A DNA stretch of 64,000 nt from Rickettsiales bacterium (lineage in GTDB: Bacteria; Pseudomonadota; Alphaproteobacteria; Rickettsiales; JABSSG01). The number at the start of each line of letters is the position of its first letter. The first letter of the stretch is position 1. The DNA is taken from positions 2,198 to 66,197 of the forward strand of contig JAVKEN010000012.1 in NCBI GenBank assembly GCA_040221415.1, written 5' to 3'. Below the pieces are notes generated by a model. That model was not told the DNA's origin. It did no database searches and saw only the letters and a list, made by a program, of their open reading frames with translations. Below, in pieces: positions 45,738-54,137 of the stretch. The translations under genes and the position numbers were made by a program.

Positions 45738-45975
45738 TTGCTCTCCTCATTTTTATATTTACGGGAGGTAATATACACACAAAAGGTTAACGAATAGTTA
45801 ACGGAATTAAATAATTGTCATTTTTTAAAATTAATTTGAGTTTGTCAGTTCAAATACAGGTTGTGACTCATTTCTCATTCAACAAATTTATGACGTAAAC
45901 CTTACGTATTATTTAATTGTAACCCTTTTAATCCTGAATCTTTCACGGCCTTACGTAGTTTTTCAGATCCAATAA

Positions 45976-46851
45976 TTAAAAAGAAAATCTATTAAAAGCA
46001 GTTATTTTCTCTATCTTTATGTTTTTCTGGAAATTATATATCTCCTCTTGAAGAAACTTTATTTCCTCTTCACTCTTGGTAGGATCAGCATCTAAAAACC
46101 AACTTCTTTTAGCACCATCAAATTTATATCCCCTCTTCTTCAATATGTCTTTTGCTTCAAAAGGACTTCCCTCAGCCCATAGCCTATGAGTTTCTTTCCT
46201 GGCGTTTTTCAGTAATTGTTTAAGCACTAATTCTTTTGTTTTGGGTAAAGTTTGAGCCAATATGTTAATTCCAACCAAACAATCTACTTCTGCCCTATGA
46301 GCTTCATAAAAGAAATTAAACTTGTAAGCGAGATAGTCTAGTTTAGCACTCCCTATTTCTTCTTTCTTCCAATCCACTTCAGTTAATGAACAAGCCCAAG
46401 GCTTATTCTTAAATATAGAAAATCTCTTCTCTACTACTTTTCTATCAAAACTAGCATTGTGAGCTATTATTAAATTAGCTGTGTTTACTATTCTGTCTAC
46501 TTCCTGATCTTTGATTTTTTGACCTTTGACCATTTCGTTTGTAATGCCAGTCAAAGAAACTATCTCTTCAGTCAGATCTTCTTCTGGATCTTCAAAGGCG
46601 CAATAGCTATCTAACACTTTAAAGACCCTACCATCTGAAGAATACTCAAATGGAACGAGTGCTATTTCTATAATCTTATTAGTTTCTATGTCCAAGCCCG
46701 TGGTTTCTACATCCAAGAACACACCTATGTATTTTTTATCAGGTGCGTTAGAAGCATTATATTCTTTAACGCCCTCAAATTTCTTAATAACTTTATATTT
46801 TCCACTTTTCATTAATTCGTTGATCAAATTGCTGTGACCACGAACGATCAT
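45976..46851 (-). CDS. DEDDh 3'-5' exonuclease (DnaQ/epsilon-like)
   Basis: Exo motifs are present: 'FLDVETTGLD' (Exo I), 'IIAHNASFDRKVV' (Exo II) and 'HRAEVDC' (Exo III, H-x4-D). It starts directly after the rep stop (46851/46852). Confidence 0.85.
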   Translation of the reverse strand: MIVRGHSNLINELMKSGKYKVIKKFEGVKEYNASNAPDKKYIGVFLDVETTGLDIETNKIIEIALVPFEYSSDGRVFKVLDSYCAFEDPEEDLTEEIVSLTGITNEMVKGQKIKDQEVDRIVNTANLIIAHNASFDRKVVEKRFSIFKNKPWACSLTEVDWKKEEIGSAKLDYLAYKFNFFYEAHRAEVDCLVGINILAQTLPKTKELVLKQLLKNARKETHRLWAEGSPFEAKDILKKRGYKFDGAKRSWFLDADPTKSEEEIKFLQEEIYNFQKNIKIEKITAFNRFSF

Positions 46852-47988
46852 TTAACTTTCTTGACTAGCTAGGTTATAGCGTATTTTAAATCCTGAAACA
46901 TCCAAATTTTCTAACGCCTTTTGTATTTGGTTATTGTAGTTTGTTTGTATCCAATTTTTTACAAACTTACTATCACATGTTACAGAAAAGATATTATTTG
47001 TGTAATCAATATATGGTTTTGTTCTAGTTAGCCACGAAACAAAAGTTCCCTTGCCTAACAACTCACTAAGCAACAAATAAACTTCTTTTTCCTTTCCGTT
47101 TAATGAATTCAGAAATAACTCAGAGTTGTCATTTATAGATTTTGCAACGTTATCTGCATTCTCAACAGTTTCTTCTTTTCTAGCAGAATAAGCACCTTCT
47201 AAAACTTTTTTAATGTTTTCTTCCCTAGTTAACCAATCAAAATGAACTTTAAAACTAGTTACCTTACCCATTAAAAACCCACTATTTGCTATTAGTTCCA
47301 AAAATTCTTTCCATTTTTGTCTATCACAATTGAAATTATTTTTTAGAATCTGAGTAAAGGTTTCCCTTCTTTTTTTATCAAGATGAACAGGTTTGTATGT
47401 ATTATTAGGATTTATGATGTCTTCATAATCTTGTAAAAAATCACTCAAATTATTTTCTGAGTTAGTATGTGTAGTATTCTCTGTAGTATTCTCTGTATCC
47501 CTATTATATGTTCTGTTCACTTTGAACACTTGTGAATGATCAATATGCATATTTGAACTGCTCACTCTGGACAAGTCGATTTGTTCAATTTGAGTAACCG
47601 ATTTGTTCATTTTGGACTTCTCGATGTGTTCATTATGAACAGGTGAGTCTGACAATAAATCTAGCTGCTCTAGTGCATCATAATTGATAGAATACCACTT
47701 TGTTTGGTCAAAGCCTTTTATTACTCTATTAGTAGATAGCAAAAGATTATTTTCTTCTAAATTCTTTATAGTTCTTCTTAAAGTGCTTTTTGACCAAAAA
47801 GGAAATTGGGAAAGCCATTTATCTAAAGTGTTGTATACCCAGAATTTGCCATTAATGTAATTTTTATTGATTCTTGGGTCGATCCAATAATGGACCTGTT
47901 GTAATAATATAGCTTCATTCAACCCTATTTTAACTGCAAGGGTTGGCAAAACCATCAACGGGTTTTCATTGATTAACAATTTAGACAT
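46852..47988 (-). CDS. Plasmid replication initiator candidate (wHTH N-terminal domain, DnaA_N-like C-terminus)
   Basis: The N-terminus 'ILLQQVHYWI...WSKSTLRRTIKNLEENNLLLS' is a winged-HTH replisome-organiser pattern. The C-terminus 'FVKNWIQTNYNNQIQKALENL' resembles DnaA domain I. The gene is divergent from parAB. Confidence 0.6.
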   Translation of the reverse strand: MSKLLINENPLMVLPTLAVKIGLNEAILLQQVHYWIDPRINKNYINGKFWVYNTLDKWLSQFPFWSKSTLRRTIKNLEENNLLLSTNRVIKGFDQTKWYSINYDALEQLDLLSDSPVHNEHIEKSKMNKSVTQIEQIDLSRVSSSNMHIDHSQVFKVNRTYNRDTENTTENTTHTNSENNLSDFLQDYEDIINPNNTYKPVHLDKKRRETFTQILKNNFNCDRQKWKEFLELIANSGFLMGKVTSFKVHFDWLTREENIKKVLEGAYSARKEETVENADNVAKSINDNSELFLNSLNGKEKEVYLLLSELLGKGTFVSWLTRTKPYIDYTNNIFSVTCDSKFVKNWIQTNYNNQIQKALENLDVSGFKIRYNLASQES

Positions 47989-48276
47989 TACTAATTTTTT
48001 ACATAATTCAAAACTAGGCGCAAAAACACTAAAATTATTGACAATGCATCTGAATATGTATTAGTATATAACCAATTGCGAAACATAAACAGGTGCGTAA
48101 ACTTTAGGGTTTGCGCCCTTTTTTTATTTATAAACATAATTCTATAACAAAAGAAACACCCTTTGCAACAAAAAAGTTGTCTTTTTCTGTTTTTTTGTTG
48201 CGCAACCAAATAATGTGTGATTAATATATAATTAAGTTAAAACAAAATATAACAAATTTATCTATTAAGAAGGGTT

Positions 48277-49266
48277 ATGCGAAATTTAGATGCGAGGTTT
48301 AATTTTAATATGTCACAAATGGCATATTTATTAGATATGGATAAATCTAGGGTCTCTAGGTTCATAAGTGAAAACAAGATTGAGGCAGCTGAAATCTATA
48401 GTAATAGGAGGAAAAAGTTTAGTATTGATACTATGAGAGCCATAGGCGCCCATAAATTTGAATCATTTAAGCCTATAAAAGAAAAAATCAATGTATTTTA
48501 TAATTTTAAAGGTGGCACTGGCAAAACAAGTATTTGTAATCAAGTCTCTTTTCATCTTTGTTTGCTTGGATTTAATGTTTTAGTAATAGATACTGATGCA
48601 CAGGCTCATCTTACGAAAAGCGTCGGATTTGATGAATATAATGATTTTGATACGCTGTATGATGTTTTGGTTAACAACGTTGATTTAAAATCGACTATTC
48701 ATAAAGTTTATCCAGGATTTGATTTTATTCCCTCTAATTTATCAATGACTAAAATAGATCCTCAATTATCAACTCGCAACAATAGGGAAAAAATTCTCCG
48801 TAAGCAGCTTGAGCAAGTGAGGGATGAGTATGATTACATTATAATAGACACAAATCCCACAATCAGTGTTTTAAATTTTAATGCAGCTTTTGCAGCAGAA
48901 AGACTCAATATAGTTTGTGAAACTCAGCCTTATAGTTTACAGGGGTTAGACATGCTAATCACAGAGCTAACCAAATTCTCTAAAGACATGGAGTATAAAG
49001 ATATAAACTATGGAATTATACCCAATAAATACGAGTCTAAAGTAGTAACTTCTCAGGAGGCTCTAGGTAAAATAAGAGCTGACTATAAAGAAAAGTCTAT
49101 GGAATCTGTTATTCGTAGAAGTGAGGAAATGAATATATCAGCAAAAGAAGCTGTGCCAGTGCAAGTTTCTGCTAAAATCCCCTCCCCTGCTGTAGAAGAC
49201 ATAAAAGACCTGACTTTCGAATTAATTGAAAAAACATCAGGCAAGCAAATTGAAGGTATTAAATGA
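48277..49266 (+). CDS. parA: ParA partition ATPase (type Ia, with N-terminal HTH extension)
   Basis: The deviant Walker A 'FKGGTGKTS' and 'IIIDTNP' are present. The ~75 aa N-terminal extension 'MSQMAYLLDMDKSRVSRFI' is HTH-like. Confidence 0.9.
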   Translation: MRNLDARFNFNMSQMAYLLDMDKSRVSRFISENKIEAAEIYSNRRKKFSIDTMRAIGAHKFESFKPIKEKINVFYNFKGGTGKTSICNQVSFHLCLLGFNVLVIDTDAQAHLTKSVGFDEYNDFDTLYDVLVNNVDLKSTIHKVYPGFDFIPSNLSMTKIDPQLSTRNNREKILRKQLEQVRDEYDYIIIDTNPTISVLNFNAAFAAERLNIVCETQPYSLQGLDMLITELTKFSKDMEYKDINYGIIPNKYESKVVTSQEALGKIRADYKEKSMESVIRRSEEMNISAKEAVPVQVSAKIPSPAVEDIKDLTFELIEKTSGKQIEGIK

Positions 49267-50099
49267 AAATTGACCAAGCTAAAATAAGATATCCCGAGAA
49301 GAAAAAAGAGATGTCTCAAATTAAAACCACTAGAGCTAGTATATTTACAGAGAATTATCGAGAAGAAATACTCAATATTCCAATTCAGAAGTTATTTCCT
49401 TACTCTAAACAAGCTAGACAGAGTTTTGATGAAGAATCATTACAAAACCTAGCGCAAACAATCAAAAGCCATGGAATACGTCAGCCACTAACAGTTGTTG
49501 ATATTGAAGGTAATGGTGAAAAATATGAAGTTGTCAGCGGAGAAAGAAGGCTGAGAGCTGCCAAATTAGCAGGATTAGATAGAGTTCCTTGTAGAGTGCT
49601 TAAAAGCCCCAAGGATGCAGTGGAAATAGCTATTATTGAGAATTTGCAAAGAGAAGACTTGCACCCTATTGAAGTTGCGAGATCCTTGCAGTCCCTTCTA
49701 GATGAAGGAATTTGCCGCGACCAAAAAGAGATATCTGAAAAAGTTGGGATGCCAAAATCTACAGTCTCAGAATTACTATCTTTCTTAAAAATATCCCCGA
49801 AATTTTACAAAGATATCATAAATAATAAAATTCAAGCAAGGGAAAGCTTGCGCTCTATAAGAGACGCCTCTTCAGATGAAGAGAGGATGAAGTTGTTGCA
49901 GAGTAACACGCCCTCCCCTCCTCCTCTTAAAAAAGTTGAATCAGCAAACAAATCTTCTACTTCTGTTGTTAAAACTAGAAAGGTTCTATCTGTCACTTTA
50001 GAGAATGGAAATTTGAAATTTGATGTAAAAGTAAGCAAGCTTACCGAAGATCAAAAAAAACAAATTTTGAACAGAATTGAAAAAGTTTTGTTTAGATAA
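49263..50099 (+). CDS. parB: ParB/Spo0J-family partition protein
   Basis: Contains 'GIRQPLTVV...YEVVSGERRLRAAKLAGLDRVPC' (ParB box) and an HTH 'QKEISEKVGMPKSTVSELLSF'. Its junction with parA is an ATGA overlap. Confidence 0.9.
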   Translation: MKIDQAKIRYPEKKKEMSQIKTTRASIFTENYREEILNIPIQKLFPYSKQARQSFDEESLQNLAQTIKSHGIRQPLTVVDIEGNGEKYEVVSGERRLRAAKLAGLDRVPCRVLKSPKDAVEIAIIENLQREDLHPIEVARSLQSLLDEGICRDQKEISEKVGMPKSTVSELLSFLKISPKFYKDIINNKIQARESLRSIRDASSDEERMKLLQSNTPSPPPLKKVESANKSSTSVVKTRKVLSVTLENGNLKFDVKVSKLTEDQKKQILNRIEKVLFR

Positions 50100-51290
50100 A
50101 AAGCTGCAAAAACTGTGTAATCGTTGTTTATCAACGGTCCGCCGCGGCGAACCACTATATCATGAGCTATAAAACAAGCTCCTATATATTAAAAAAGATA
50201 GCGTGTTACAGGGTTTTATTGCAGGCGGTAGCGGCGTCTACCAAGTGTATCGTTATATCAAACTCAATATAGTTTTCTTAAGTGAGTAGATAATATTTGG
50301 GCAAATGAGCTGCTATATAGGTAGCTATGCATCTTCTTTTGAATTTAAATCGGCTCCCACACCTCTATATTTATTAAAAAACCTACTGTCCTTTTATCTA
50401 GTTTTTATGATGAGAAGTTTCTAGTCTTATATCTAAATACAATTATTCATACAGACCATGATAAATAATCCAAAATACAAAGCTTACCCTCTGTGATTCA
50501 GATAAACAAACGGTTCGCCGTGGCGAACTGCTGCATCACAAACTATAAAATACGCTCCATGCATATTGAGAAAATAGTGTATCGTAGCATTTAATTGTAT
50601 TTTTGGGAGCTTCTGATAAGTGTAAGATTGTATTAAAAAAATTTACTTTCTCATAAGTTAACAGAGGCTATTTAAAGAAAATCATTAGCTACTAATCTTT
50701 AGTTATGTTTTTTCTGTTGAATTGAACTCATTCCCCTACCCGCCTTTGTATTAAGTTTAGATATAAAAATAATTTGTTATCTAATATCTACATAATTAGT
50801 TTCTTGCTGTATCTCTCTATATATAATTCTTTATACAGCATGATAAAAGATCAGAAGTACAGAGCTCCCCCTCTGTAATCTAGCTAAACTAACGGTTCGC
50901 CGCGGCGAACTGCTACATCATCAGCCATAAAACAAGCTTAAACATATTAAAAAAATAGCGTGTTGCAGGGTTCTATTGCAGGCATTAGCAGTGCTACTAA
51001 GTGGATAATTATATTAAAACGCAATTAGGCTTTCTCTTAAGCGAGCAGACGCTATTTAGGAAAATGAGTTAATATATTGGCAGCTATTCTTCTTCTCAAT
51101 TTATATCGCCCTACCCTCACCTCCGTATTTATTTAAAGTTCTACTGTCCTTTTATCTAGTTTTTATAATGAGAAGTTTCTAGTCTTATATCTAAATACAA
51201 TTATTCATACAGACCGTGATAAATAATCCAAAATACAAAGCTTACCCTCTGTGATTCAGTTAAACCAACGGTTCGCCGTGGCGAACTGAA
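50100..51290. repeat. Array of four ~376-382 bp direct repeats in two alternating subtypes, each with a GC-rich 16-17 bp palindrome
   Basis: The palindromes are GGTCCGCCGCGGCGAACC (50136-50153), GGTTCGCCGTGGCGAAC (50512-50528), GGTTCGCCGCGGCGAAC (50894-50910) and GGTTCGCCGTGGCGAAC (51270-51286). Long near-identical stretches are visible, for example 50383-50535 vs 51140-51290. No ORF of 60 aa or more is present. Confidence 0.9.
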
Positions 51291-51384
51291 GAATTTAGCT
51301 ATATATACACTTAGACGAGTATACACCAAGAAGTGTGATTCTTATTGTAAGAATAAGGTTTGAAAAGTGTAAGAGAATAGCAGA

Positions 51385-52203
51385 TTGATATTAAGAGAGA
51401 AGTATATGATAATAAATATAGATACTAATAATAAAAGGTGCATAGTGGCTGAGGACGAGCAAAGTTTATCAAAGGGATATTTAAGCAAAAGAGGGCGCAA
51501 TAGATTTACTCAGAGAGAAGGGCGTATAGGTGACTTATCATCAGCTAGTTTTACTGAAGACTCAGATCAAGGTGCGTCTGAAGAAAAAAGAGAAAGAATT
51601 CAGGGTGAATTACGTGATTTGATGAGAGAATTAGCCCTAGCAATAGCAACTGGTAACTTTGATAAGGTTCGAAGACTAAAAAGTTTTATTGAGGGGATCT
51701 TCAATGAAGCTCATGAGCTTGGAATATCCATCAAAGACATACAGGATGTTATTAGAGAAATTGAAAGCGTTGAAGCTAAACAAATAGCTGAGCAGTCTCT
51801 AGAGTCAGCAATAGAAAATGATTTAGCTTGGTTTAAATCTATTGAAGAGACAGCATATAGCTTGTCAAAAGACATTGATTCTTTCATAACTCCTGCAGTT
51901 ACAGAGCAACTTAATGAGTATACAGAAAGATTAGATAGGGGAGGGGACTTAACTGAAGATGAGGCTAGAGAATTTGTAGATACCCATTTATCGCCACCAA
52001 GATTTGATGAACATGTACGTTTAATTCAAGAGAACAGTAGATTAATTGATGAACATATCGAGCGAAGGAACACGCTTATTAAAGTACATGGCGAATCTCA
52101 TGAGGCCGTCAAAAGTTTTGATGAAAAGACTAAAGAATCTGTAAAACAACTAGCTGCTAATAATAAAAAGGTAAAAACACATATGAAGCTGTTAGAGATG
52201 TAA
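51385..52203 (+). CDS. Acidic coiled-coil-like hypothetical protein
   Basis: The tracked start is a TTG. The ATG at 51406 ('MIINIDTNNK') is more likely. The protein is rich in E/D/K/R heptad-like segments. No family recognised. Confidence 0.5.
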   Translation: MILREKYMIINIDTNNKRCIVAEDEQSLSKGYLSKRGRNRFTQREGRIGDLSSASFTEDSDQGASEEKRERIQGELRDLMRELALAIATGNFDKVRRLKSFIEGIFNEAHELGISIKDIQDVIREIESVEAKQIAEQSLESAIENDLAWFKSIEETAYSLSKDIDSFITPAVTEQLNEYTERLDRGGDLTEDEAREFVDTHLSPPRFDEHVRLIQENSRLIDEHIERRNTLIKVHGESHEAVKSFDEKTKESVKQLAANNKKVKTHMKLLEM

Positions 52204-52214
52204 GTAAAAGAAGT

Positions 52215-52619
52215 GTGAAGGTTAAAAAAGAGCTAGAGAGAAGAGAGGGCTATTTAGAAGTAAATTATGAACGAAAGTTTGATGAATTGACTGCCCGACT
52301 TGAAAGCAATGAGAAAAAATTACGAACAGTGGTAACAAAAGAAGTTGAGAAAGAAACGCATATGGCTTCAACAATTGCTTCTAGGTTAGTTGATGAAAGA
52401 GCAGGGGAGGGGTATGCTCCTTCTCCTCCAAAGGTTGAAGAATATAAAAAAGAACCAGAAGTTAAGCCTGAGATAAAAAAAGAGTTAATATCAAAGGCTC
52501 AAAAAATAGGCGAGGCAGTAAGAAAAACTTCAGAAACAGAACCTGTTACACCTAAAAAACCGAAGAAAAAATTTGTAAATAGGTTTGCAAAGAAGAGGGC
52601 AGCTCAAGCAAGAAGTTAG
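52215..52619 (+). CDS. Hypothetical 134 aa Lys/Glu-rich protein with a basic C-terminus
   Basis: It has a GTG start 12 nt after the previous stop and is low-complexity. Coding status is moderately supported by operon context. Confidence 0.45.
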   Translation: MKVKKELERREGYLEVNYERKFDELTARLESNEKKLRTVVTKEVEKETHMASTIASRLVDERAGEGYAPSPPKVEEYKKEPEVKPEIKKELISKAQKIGEAVRKTSETEPVTPKKPKKKFVNRFAKKRAAQARS

Positions 52620-52715
52620 TCGTTCTCGAACCTTTTAGGTGAAAATCTCAGCTGTACAAATATTAAAAGTTATGCTATTCATTAACTATTATTTAATAAA
52701 CGAAGGGGTATCGTT

Positions 52716-53192
52716 ATGTCAGCAGGTGAAAAAACAACAAGAGAGTCTATAAAAGATTTTGGTGTTAAAGGTGCAAGAGAGTATATAGCGTCTTTAAAGG
52801 ATTCTATAACATTGATTGAGGATGAGACACACTTTCCTCCAATACAAAAAATGTACGATGGGTTAGTTAGAATACTAAATAAAACAGTTACGCATGGTCG
52901 AACGGGTTTACCATCTGATATTATTGAAGGTTTCAACGAAATCAATGAAATGTTTGCAACATTAAATGAAGATAATGAAGAAGAAATATTCAAGATCACT
53001 CCTTTATCTGAAATCACGACATCAACTAGAGAAAGCGAAGAGCATAAAGCGGAAGAAGTAGCCCCATCAGTTGGAGCGGGATATGGTCTTTTGCCTTCAC
53101 ATGAGGATGCTGTAGCTGAATTAGAAGCAGGTGCTTCAGAAGGTGGGTTAGCAGGCATGGTTTCTGGTTGGTTTGGAGGTGGATCTTCATAA
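52716..53192 (+). CDS. Hypothetical 158 aa acidic protein with a Gly-rich C-terminus
   Basis: An RBS 'aagggg' lies 7 nt upstream of the ATG, and a clean terminator follows. I prefer this over the same-size antisense ORF at 52682-53158. Confidence 0.6.
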   Translation: MSAGEKTTRESIKDFGVKGAREYIASLKDSITLIEDETHFPPIQKMYDGLVRILNKTVTHGRTGLPSDIIEGFNEINEMFATLNEDNEEEIFKITPLSEITTSTRESEEHKAEEVAPSVGAGYGLLPSHEDAVAELEAGASEGGLAGMVSGWFGGGSS

Positions 53193-53220
53193 GAAAGAAT
53201 AATTATATATAGAAATTTAG

Positions 53221-53254
53221 CGGCCTCATTGTCCTTTGAGGCCGTTTTTATTTT
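53221..53254 (+). terminator. Rho-independent terminator
   Basis: Stem CGGCCTCA (53221-53228) pairs with TGAGGCCG (53237-53244) across an 8 nt loop. TTTTTATTTT follows. Confidence 0.8.
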
Positions 53255-53367
53255 CAGGTGCTCTGGTGTAAGGAAAAAACTATAAGCATGTTAATAGTTT
53301 AGTATCAATCTGGAACATTTTCTGCAATTATTTAAAAGTCTAACTAACAAATAATAGCATTTTTACC

Positions 53368-54048
53368 ATGAATAAAATAACAGTGTTACCAGACCGTGAA
53401 TGTCCAAAATTAATAGAGTTATTGTTGTTTAATAGAGAGCCCGGTAGCTGGCATAAGATTGAAAAAATGATAGATGAAGGAACAATACCTGCATGGACAT
53501 TTTCACTACTTTATACATTCCCAATGAAAATAGTAGAAAAGTTGCTGGAGCATGAAGAATTGCACCCTTACTTTACAAATAAAGCTAAGCAATACCATGA
53601 CAGAGAGGATATCATAGCACTTCTTAAGTCCAAAAGTATAGTTGATGAATTTGTTTATCCAACAAAAGAAGAACTTCAAATGCGCTTAGGAGATAATGGG
53701 AATTTTGAAAATGTTGATGTGCAAGCAATTGGCTCAAGAAGTTTTGCCACCCATACTTACGGGAATTTTACAAACATCTTTGGAGGAGAGGGTAGAATTT
53801 TTAACCTCAAATTACAAATAAAAGAGAATCTTAATATCAGTGCAGGAGTTCTCCATTTAGACACAGCGGAAATTCTTTGTAAAGGAAATCTTTTTGTTAA
53901 CGTTAGTAGGATAGAATGTGATTCTTCAAGTAAGATCACTGCTTTCATGAAAGATGCAAGCCCAATATATATAAGACCTGATACAGAAGTAGTTGGTGAC
54001 TGCGTTCTTAAAGGTGAAATCGAGTTTTTTGATTTTGATAACTTTTAA
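53368..54048 (+). CDS. Hypothetical 226 aa protein directly upstream of the giant toxin gene
   Basis: ORF with its own start after the terminator. No motif recognised. Confidence 0.5.
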   Translation: MNKITVLPDRECPKLIELLLFNREPGSWHKIEKMIDEGTIPAWTFSLLYTFPMKIVEKLLEHEELHPYFTNKAKQYHDREDIIALLKSKSIVDEFVYPTKEELQMRLGDNGNFENVDVQAIGSRSFATHTYGNFTNIFGGEGRIFNLKLQIKENLNISAGVLHLDTAEILCKGNLFVNVSRIECDSSSKITAFMKDASPIYIRPDTEVVGDCVLKGEIEFFDFDNF

Positions 54049-54137
54049 AGATTATTAAAAAGAGTAAATCTTTTACCTTGACTCCGTAACATTAAACAAT
54101 TATTAACAGAAGTTGTGAATAAGGTAATGAGGAGTGA

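Noticed and set aside
48095-48135. Hairpin GCGTAAAC…GTTTGCGC followed by a T-run as a terminator
   Set aside because: No plus-strand gene ends upstream of it. It sits in the rep/parA divergent control region, so it is more likely an operator or an origin-related structure. I could not support either reading well enough to list it as a feature.
47991-48209. 72 aa minus-strand ORF in the rep/parA intergenic region
   Set aside because: The translation is Phe/Cys/Lys-rich and implausible. The region is more likely the divergent promoter/operator region; it contains a GTTGCGCAAC palindrome.
50100-51290. Possibility that the repeat array is a CRISPR array, or that the palindromes are tRNA T-arm-like (GGTTCG)
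   Set aside because: The repeat period is ~378 bp, and the sequence between palindromes is itself conserved, so there are no unique spacers. No cas genes are present. No cloverleaf context surrounds the GGTTCG strings.
52682-53158. 158 aa minus-strand ORF mirroring the 52716-53192 plus-strand ORF
   Set aside because: It is a Ser/Ala/Pro-rich low-complexity translation with no RBS. The plus-strand ORF has an RBS, operon context and a downstream terminator.
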